A stretch of DNA of 64,000 nt, from the NCBI GenBank assembly GCA_965219685.1, contig CBDCOH010000002.1, forward strand, positions 2,912,001-2,976,000, given 5' to 3'. A program made the position numbers and the translations under genes. This document shows, in pieces, positions 57,592 through 64,000 of this stretch (positions are counted from its first letter, which is position 1; every line of letters begins with the position of its first letter). This DNA is from Candidatus Spongiisociaceae bacterium (GTDB lineage Bacteria > Actinomycetota > Acidimicrobiia > Spongiisociales > Spongiisociaceae). Under the pieces are notes generated by a model. It made no database searches. It had not been told where the DNA came from and was given only the letters and a program-made list of their open reading frames with translations.

Positions 57592-59451
57592 ATGACGAGC
57601 AACGCGATACTGGACGAGGCGCGCCGCCCCGAGCACAAGGTGCTGGGACGCGGAGTCGAGCTGATCCTCCGCCAGCTCCGGCGGGCGCCCAAGGAGTTCG
57701 CGGTGGGCTTCGCCGCCACCAGCGTCTATGCGGTGGCCACGATCGTCTCCTCGTATGTGATCGGATGGGCTACCGACTCGGTGCTGCTTCCGGCCTCTCG
57801 GGACGGGGACCTCACCACCGCCTCGCTGGTAGCAGTGGCCCTGGCCGTGGTCGGGGTGGGTGTTGCCAGGGGACTGGGGATCGCCCTGCGCCGCTACGGC
57901 GCCTACCGGGCGCAGTACCGGCTCGAGCAGAGGGACCGGATCGATGTCACCGACCGTTATCTCGAGTTGCCCACCGAGTGGCACCGGCGCCACCCCACCG
58001 GCCAACTGCTCTCGAACGTCAACGCCGATGTGGAGGCCGCCGCCCAGATCGCCGCTCCCCTGCCGATGGCCTTCGGCGTGATGGTGATGCTGGCAGTCAT
58101 GTCGGTGCTGCTGGTGGTCACCGACCCGTTCCTGGCGCTAGTCGGGTTCTCGATCATGCCGGCCATCATGATCAACAACCTCTTCTACCAGCGGAAGATG
58201 CGGATCGCAGCCGCCGCCGCGCAGCGGATCAGGGCCGAGGTGGCCGAGGTCGCCCACGAATCCTTCGACGCGGCGCTGGTGGTGAAGACCCTGGGCCGGG
58301 AGGAAACCGAGGCCACCAGGTTCGGCGCCCTGTCGGACAACCTCCGCTACAGCATGGTGGGCCTGGGGAGGCTGCGAGCCGTCTTCGATCCGATCATGGA
58401 AGCCCTGCCGACGATCGGGGTGCTGGCGGTGGTGGGGGTTGGCGCCTGGCGGGTCGACGAGGGCCTGTTGACAGCCGGTACCCTCGTCACATTCGCATAC
58501 CTGTTCCGGCTGATCGCCCTGCCGATGAGGGTGTTCGCCTGGCTGCTGGGACAGCTTCCCACCGCCGTAGTCGGACTCGACCGCATAGAGGCCGTCCTGT
58601 CCGAGACCCGGACGGTCACCTACGGGTCCGGGTCCATACCGGGACGGGGCAGCGTCGAAGGAGAAGCCCGCAGCGCCTCCTACCTCCATCCGGAGACATC
58701 GCTCTCCGATCTCGGCGCCCGCGACGTCGCTGCCGGACCTCCGCCTTCCGGAGACGGTGACCTCGGAAACGGTGACCGGCGGGGGATCGAAGCGATCTCG
58801 TTCGCGGCCCCGCCGGGCCACACGCTGGCCCTCGTGGGTCCCACGGGCTCTGGAAAGTCGACCGTGGCCCAGTTGCTTGTCCGCCTGTTCGATCCCGACT
58901 CGGGAACGATCCGGCTCGACAGGACCCCTCTCGCCGATCTGTCACGGCCCGTGATGAGAACCGCCGTCGCGCTGGCCTTCCAGGAGCCCTTCCTCTTCAA
59001 CACCACGGTCCGCGAGAACATCACGCTCGGGCGCGACTACCCCGACGGCGAGGTGCTCGGCGCTGCGCGGCTGGCCCAGGCGCACGACTTCATCGCCGAG
59101 TTGCCCGACGGCTATTCGACCCTGATCGGCGAGCGAGGCGCAAACCTGTCCGGGGGCCAGCGCCAGCGAGTAGCCCTGGCGCGGGCGTTGATCCGCCGCC
59201 CGCGGCTCCTCGTGCTGGACGACGCCACCTCGGCGGTCGATCCGGCTGTCGAGCGGGCCATCCTCGACGGGCTCCAGGTGGTCGACACCACGCTGATCAT
59301 GGTGGCCTACCGGCGCGCGACGATCATGCAGGCCGACGAGGTCATCTTCGTCGAGGACGGCAGGATCACCGGGCGGGGAACCCACGCCGACCTCTACCAG
59401 GGGTTGCCCGCGTACGCAGCCCTCATCGACGCGTACGAGGTGGGGGAGTAA
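57592..59451 (+). CDS. Heterodimeric ABC exporter, subunit 1 (TMD+NBD)
   Basis: GPTGSGKS, LSGGQRQR, LDDATSAVD (degenerate site typical of heterodimers). Confidence 0.92.
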   Translation: MTSNAILDEARRPEHKVLGRGVELILRQLRRAPKEFAVGFAATSVYAVATIVSSYVIGWATDSVLLPASRDGDLTTASLVAVALAVVGVGVARGLGIALRRYGAYRAQYRLEQRDRIDVTDRYLELPTEWHRRHPTGQLLSNVNADVEAAAQIAAPLPMAFGVMVMLAVMSVLLVVTDPFLALVGFSIMPAIMINNLFYQRKMRIAAAAAQRIRAEVAEVAHESFDAALVVKTLGREETEATRFGALSDNLRYSMVGLGRLRAVFDPIMEALPTIGVLAVVGVGAWRVDEGLLTAGTLVTFAYLFRLIALPMRVFAWLLGQLPTAVVGLDRIEAVLSETRTVTYGSGSIPGRGSVEGEARSASYLHPETSLSDLGARDVAAGPPPSGDGDLGNGDRRGIEAISFAAPPGHTLALVGPTGSGKSTVAQLLVRLFDPDSGTIRLDRTPLADLSRPVMRTAVALAFQEPFLFNTTVRENITLGRDYPDGEVLGAARLAQAHDFIAELPDGYSTLIGERGANLSGGQRQRVALARALIRRPRLLVLDDATSAVDPAVERAILDGLQVVDTTLIMVAYRRATIMQADEVIFVEDGRITGRGTHADLYQGLPAYAALIDAYEVGE

Positions 59452-61286
59452 TGATCGCGGCAAGGGACCGGACGGCGGGTCCCGACCGTTCCGGCGTGAA
59501 GGCGTGGGAGACGATCAGGCGCGGCCTGATGCTGTCCCCGGAACTGCGCTTCGGGATGATACTGACCTTGGTCCTCGCGCTGGTCGCAACGGCCGGCCGG
59601 GTGATCATCCCGGTGGCGATCCAGCAGGTCTTGGACGGCGGCCTGACCCAAACCGGTGTCGCCATGGGCTTCGTCACACGGATGATCGGTCTGGCGTTGC
59701 TGGCCGTACTCCTCACCGCCCTCGCGACCGGGTTCATGCACCTCCGCCTGGCCCGCGTGTCGGAGGAGGCGCTGTCGGGGCTTCGCATCAGGGCATTCCG
59801 GCACATCCACGACCTCTCCATGCTGCACCAGGCCTCCGAGCAGCGCGGAGTGCTCGTCGCCCGGGTCACCTCCGACGTGGACCAGATCAGCCGCTTCATG
59901 CAATGGGCCGGACTGATGCTGATCGTGAACATCGGCCAGGCGCTCCTGGCGATGGTGGTGATGGCCGTCTACTCGTGGCAACTGTTCCTCACCGTCATGG
60001 CCGTCCTCCCGATACTGCTCTACGCCATCCGTTGGTTCCAGACGCGGCTGGCCGGCGCCTACCTGACAGTTAGGGAGAAGGTGGGGAAGATGCTGGGCGC
60101 CCTGGCCGAGGTGGTAGTGGGCGCCCCGGTGATCCGCGCATACGGCATGGAGAACCGGACCCGGGAAAGCCTCAGCCAAGCCATCGAGGAGCACCGGGCA
60201 TCAGCATCCCGTGCAGGGGGGATCTCATCCGGATTCTCCGGGGTAAGCGAGGTCCTAACCGCAGCCGTGACCGCCGCCGTCCTCGTGGTGGGCGCCATCC
60301 TGGTCGTGGGAGGGGAGACTTCGATCGGCACGGTGATCGCTTTCCTGTTCCTGGTGCAACTCTTCGTCATGCCGGTCCAGATGTTCGGGGAGGCCGTGAA
60401 CGAGGCCCAGACCGCGGTGGCGGGATGGCGACGGGTTCTCGATGTGCTGGACATACCCCCGGATGTGGCCGACCCGGGAGAGGACGGCGTGGACCTGCCC
60501 GCGGGGTCGTTCGGGATCCGGTTCGACAACGTGTCCTTTCGCTACCCGCTGTCTGGCGAGAGGGCCCGCGAGGCCACCGGCGTGATGGCGATCGGACGGG
60601 TGACCGTGGTTCTCGAATCACGCACCCATGTAGCGGTGGTCGGCGAGACCGGCTCGGGCAAGACCACCTTCGCCAAGCTGGCCACCCGGCTCATGGATCC
60701 CACCGAAGGGCGGGTGCTGCTCGGAGACATCGATGCCTCAAGCGTCCGATTCGGATCCCTGCGGGACCGGGTCGTGATGGTGCCCCAGGACGGGATGCTG
60801 TTCCGCGGGACCATATTCGACAACGTGCGGATGGGCAGCACCCGCGCCACGAAGGCCGATGTCGAGGAAGCCTTCGTGCGGCTCGGGTTGGGGGGCTGGC
60901 TGCGTGAGCTCGGGCAGGGTCTCGAGACGCAGGTGGGAGAGCGCGGTTCTGCCCTCTCGGTCGGCGAGCGTCAACTGGTCACGCTGGTGCGGGCGGCGAT
61001 CGCCGATCCCGATCTCCTGGTTCTGGACGAGGCGACCTCGGCAGTGGATCCCGCCACCGAGGTACGCATTTCGAGGGCGCTGCGCGAACTCACCGCAGGG
61101 CGCACGGTGATCACCATCGCGCACCGGCTGTCCACCGCCGAAGTGGCGGACCGGGTCCTCGTATTCGACGCGGGCCGGATAGTCCAGGACGGCCCCCACC
61201 GGCGGCTGATCACCGAGGGAGGGGCCTATGGGCGCCTCCACAGGGCATGGGAGAGGGGAACGTCGGAACGGGCGGTCTCGCGGTAG
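59451..61286 (+). CDS. Heterodimeric ABC exporter, subunit 2 (TMD+NBD)
   Basis: GETGSGKT, LSVGERQL, LDEATSAVD, IAHRL. Confidence 0.92.
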   Translation: MIAARDRTAGPDRSGVKAWETIRRGLMLSPELRFGMILTLVLALVATAGRVIIPVAIQQVLDGGLTQTGVAMGFVTRMIGLALLAVLLTALATGFMHLRLARVSEEALSGLRIRAFRHIHDLSMLHQASEQRGVLVARVTSDVDQISRFMQWAGLMLIVNIGQALLAMVVMAVYSWQLFLTVMAVLPILLYAIRWFQTRLAGAYLTVREKVGKMLGALAEVVVGAPVIRAYGMENRTRESLSQAIEEHRASASRAGGISSGFSGVSEVLTAAVTAAVLVVGAILVVGGETSIGTVIAFLFLVQLFVMPVQMFGEAVNEAQTAVAGWRRVLDVLDIPPDVADPGEDGVDLPAGSFGIRFDNVSFRYPLSGERAREATGVMAIGRVTVVLESRTHVAVVGETGSGKTTFAKLATRLMDPTEGRVLLGDIDASSVRFGSLRDRVVMVPQDGMLFRGTIFDNVRMGSTRATKADVEEAFVRLGLGGWLRELGQGLETQVGERGSALSVGERQLVTLVRAAIADPDLLVLDEATSAVDPATEVRISRALRELTAGRTVITIAHRLSTAEVADRVLVFDAGRIVQDGPHRRLITEGGAYGRLHRAWERGTSERAVSR

Positions 61287-61426
61287 GCAGGACGGCACCT
61301 ACAGAAACGTGGATCCCTCACAGATCGACGGGCGCCCAGGATTAGTCCATTCAATCGGGACATATCAGCCGCCTGGTGCCCGCGGTGGACCTCACCAGAG
61401 TTTCGCGGCCCAGCCAGCGCCGGAAC

Positions 61427-62188
61427 CTACTTCGGGCCCATCCTGATGCCGCCGTCCATGCGGATCGTCTCGCCGTTCATGTAGCGGTGGGTGACCAGGA
61501 ACATCACCAACTCCGCGTACTCGTCGGGGCGTCCCAGGCGTTTGGGATGCAGGACCTGCTGACCGAGCGACGCCTTGGCCGGCTCGGGCAGGCCGGCGAG
61601 TAGGGGGGTGTCGATTATCCCGGGCGCGATGGTGCTGACCCGGATCCCGAGAACCGAGAGGTCCCTGGCGATCGGCAGCGTCATCCCGACGATCCCTCCC
61701 TTGGAAGCCGAATAGGCGGCCTGGCCGATCTGGCCGTCGTAGGCGGCCACCGAGGATGTAAGGATGATGGCGCCCCGGTCGTTGTTACCGTCGGGCTGGT
61801 TCCCCATCATCGCGGAGGCCGCGACCCGGATCGTGTTGAAGGTCCCCACCAGGTTGATCTCGATCACCTTGCGGAAAAGGGACAGGGAGTGGGGGGTTCC
61901 GTCCCGGGCGAGGGTACGGCAGGGCGGCCCGATCCCGGCGCAGTTGACCACTACGCGTATCTCTCCCAAGGAGGCGGCTGCGTCGATCCCGGCCACCATG
62001 TCGTCCTCGCTGGTCACATCACAATGAGCGAAGATGCCTCCCAACTCGTCGGCGACGGCTTCACCGAGTTCATCGTTGATGTCGAGGATCGCCGCCTTCA
62101 TGCCGGCCCCCGCCAGGACCCGGGCGGTGGCAGCCCCCAGCCCTGATGCCCCACCGGTCACAACCGCCACAGCTCCATCGAGTTTCAT
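61427..62188 (-). CDS. SDR oxidoreductase, type-2 3-hydroxyacyl-CoA dehydrogenase-like
   Basis: TGGASGLG, NCAGI, GQIGQAAYSASKGG, NGETIRMDG. Confidence 0.92.
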   Translation of the reverse strand: MKLDGAVAVVTGGASGLGAATARVLAGAGMKAAILDINDELGEAVADELGGIFAHCDVTSEDDMVAGIDAAASLGEIRVVVNCAGIGPPCRTLARDGTPHSLSLFRKVIEINLVGTFNTIRVAASAMMGNQPDGNNDRGAIILTSSVAAYDGQIGQAAYSASKGGIVGMTLPIARDLSVLGIRVSTIAPGIIDTPLLAGLPEPAKASLGQQVLHPKRLGRPDEYAELVMFLVTHRYMNGETIRMDGGIRMGPK

Positions 62189-62361
62189 ACCGTCCTCACC
62201 TTTCGTTCATGGCGAGCCAGACGCTACCCGGCCGCAAGGCCAGACCGGAAGTCGGCCCGGTTTCTTTCGCGTTCCCCCCTCCGGACGGGAGGGAGGAACC
62301 TGGCATCGCAGGGTCGGTGCCAACATGGTGCCTCAGCCGAGAGCTTCGAAGGAGACACCGC

Positions 62362-63402
62362 GTGGCGGGACGCAGCACCAGACGCGATCAGAGCAGTTCC
62401 AGGCGACCCTCGCGCCGCGGCGTCACCACAGGTCCACCGGAACGCACGGTCGTGTACACCGACGGAGCCTGCTCCGGAAACCCCGGCCCCGGGGGATGGG
62501 CCTGGGTGATTCCCGGCGGCCGTTACCGGAGTGGCTCGGCACCGCACACCACCAACCAGCGCATGGAGCTGGCGGCAGCCCTCGATGCGGTGCGAACCAT
62601 CGACGGCCCTCTCGAGGTCGTGAGCGACTCGACGTACGTGGTGAACTGCTTCCGGCAGGGCTGGTGGAAGGGATGGCTCGACCGCGGTTGGACGAACTCC
62701 AAGAAGCAACCGGTTGCCAACCGAGACCTCTGGGAACCGCTGGTCGACATCTACCGGTCGAAACCGATCACCTTCCGGTGGGTGAAGGGCCACGGTGGCA
62801 ACGAGTGGAACGACATGGCCGACCGCCTGGCCGTACAGGCCGCGGCGGCCCAGGAAGGCGCCGAGAGCGAGCGTCCACCACCCCCCGGCAGCATTCGCGC
62901 TCCCGACCGCTCGGACTCCCAGCAGCTTCCTTCAGACCGGCCGGGCAAGCCCTTACCAACCGGTCATACCCTCGTCTTCGCCGAGGGGACCGCCTCCGCC
63001 CAGGCGGGAAGCGGTGGTTGGGCCTGGGCTGCGCCGGGCAGGCGCTACCGGAGCGGCGCCGCCGTGCGAACCACCGGACGGCGCATGGAGCTGACCGCAG
63101 TGCTCGATGCCGTGCGGGAACTCGAGGGCGCCTTGGAAGTGGTCAGCAGTTCCGGATACGTAGTCAACTGCTTCCGGAGCGGCTGGTGGAAGGGGTGGAT
63201 CAGCCGCGGTTGGACGACCTCGCAGAACAAGCCGGTGGCCAACCGCGACCTGTGGGAGCCGCTCATCGAGATGTACCAGGCGAGGCCCATCGAGTTCCGT
63301 CCGGCCGCCCGGGCGGACGGCGACTGGGCGGGGAAGGTCGAGTGGTTGGCCGCCGAGGCGTCCCGGATCCAGCAGGGCAACGAGGGTGAGATATCCGGCT
63401 GA
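62362..63402 (+). CDS. rnhA: Ribonuclease HI with a second degenerate RNase H domain
   Basis: YTDGAC.GNPGPGGW, TNQRMEL, SDSTY, NRDLW, WVKGH..N..ND.AD; second copy ~62970-63360; AAGGAG RBS before GTG 62362. Confidence 0.85.
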   Translation: MAGRSTRRDQSSSRRPSRRGVTTGPPERTVVYTDGACSGNPGPGGWAWVIPGGRYRSGSAPHTTNQRMELAAALDAVRTIDGPLEVVSDSTYVVNCFRQGWWKGWLDRGWTNSKKQPVANRDLWEPLVDIYRSKPITFRWVKGHGGNEWNDMADRLAVQAAAAQEGAESERPPPPGSIRAPDRSDSQQLPSDRPGKPLPTGHTLVFAEGTASAQAGSGGWAWAAPGRRYRSGAAVRTTGRRMELTAVLDAVRELEGALEVVSSSGYVVNCFRSGWWKGWISRGWTTSQNKPVANRDLWEPLIEMYQARPIEFRPAARADGDWAGKVEWLAAEASRIQQGNEGEISG

Positions 63403-63539
63403 GGAGAGTCCGATCCCGAGGCACTAGACGAGTAGTTGCAAGGGATCCGACCAGAAGCGACCGTACTCTATGGTCGCTACACAACGCTGTACAAACACAT
63501 CTGTAACTGGTGTGCCACCTGTTCCTGGAATCGGACTCC
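63403..63539. other. Long imperfect nested hairpin (candidate structured RNA or miniature element)
   Basis: GAGTCCGAT/ATCGGACTC outer stem, GGCAC/GTGCC and AGTTGCA/TGTAACT inner stems, AGCGACCGTA/TATGGTCGCT apical stem. Confidence 0.4.
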
Positions 63540-63673
63540 GGGGCTGCCATTCCGTGAAGAGCCACCCGCGACGCAAACACGAGACCTAGACAGCGCGATG
63601 CAGGATGGCAACTGACTCCATCTAACGTTACCCGTCGACCACCAACTAGACCCTAGCGACTAGGAACTATCAT

Positions 63674-64000
63674 CTAGCGCCTGGCGATCGCCATCTCGCG
63701 GCGGAACTTCTTCCAGTCGGAGAACTTTGTCGACCAGAGGAGGTCCGTGATGACCGACACGACGCCCACCGCAGCCAGGAGGATCGTCGCCCACTCCGGG
63801 ACGCCGGCGATGACGCCGGCCGGGATGAGCGCGAAGGGCACGACCTTCGACACCAGTGCTCCGGAAGCGTGCATCCATGCCCGGCCCCGGGCGGTTGCCG
63901 CCAGGTAGGCGGCGTAGTCGGTCTTCACTCCGGGCTGCGGTCGCGCAACGGTACCGATGAACCAGTGCGTGAAGCGTATCCCCACCAGTCGCCCGACCAT
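63674..64000 (-). CDS. Membrane hypothetical protein, C-terminal part (truncated by window)
   Basis: GC3-biased ORF with two hydrophobic segments, ends SDWKKFRRE. Confidence 0.7.
   Translation of the reverse strand: MVGRLVGIRFTHWFIGTVARPQPGVKTDYAAYLAATARGRAWMHASGALVSKVVPFALIPAGVIAGVPEWATILLAAVGVVSVITDLLWSTKFSDWKKFRREMAIARR

Noticed and set aside
57592-59451. Degenerate Walker B/H-loop (LDD, AYR) in the ABC exporter
   Set aside because: Normal for heterodimeric exporters with one degenerate site.
62362-63539. Retron (RNase H plus structured RNA)
   Set aside because: No reverse transcriptase in the window; domain 1 looks like housekeeping RNase HI.

Overview
High-GC (roughly two-thirds G+C by eye) bacterial chromosome segment with an Actinomycetota gene set (PAC2 chaperone, ribosomal bS22, LLM oxidoreductase, LCP, DUF2277, many apparently leaderless genes). 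The gene repertoire and a giant FN3/Ig/SwmB-like surface protein suggest Acidimicrobiia, possibly host- or sponge-associated (inference). The backbone is housekeeping and transport genes (thrB, copA/copZ, lnt, purB, thiD, kbl-like, fdhD, mogA-like, surE, ABC systems, rnhA-like). I found no rRNA, tRNA or CRISPR array. Points of interest: (1) about a dozen intergenic 7-bp tandem arrays with different unit sequences but consistent polarity, several starting at a stop codon, four sharing an AGAGYT junction; (2) an 8,045-bp segment (27823-35867) bounded by IS3/IS6110-like ends and a GTGAA duplication, inserted into one of those arrays and carrying a 1,913-aa surface protein behind C11 and C17 tracts; (3) an RNase HI with a second, catalytically degenerate RNase H domain, followed by a long hairpin-forming sequence; (4) a lower-GC islet (40.4-42.4 kb) with a frameshifted membrane protein and an unannotated 56-aa basic protein; (5) a peptide-ABC/LLM/amidohydrolase cassette between copZ and copA with several degenerate catalytic motifs. 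All family assignments are by motif recognition, not database search.
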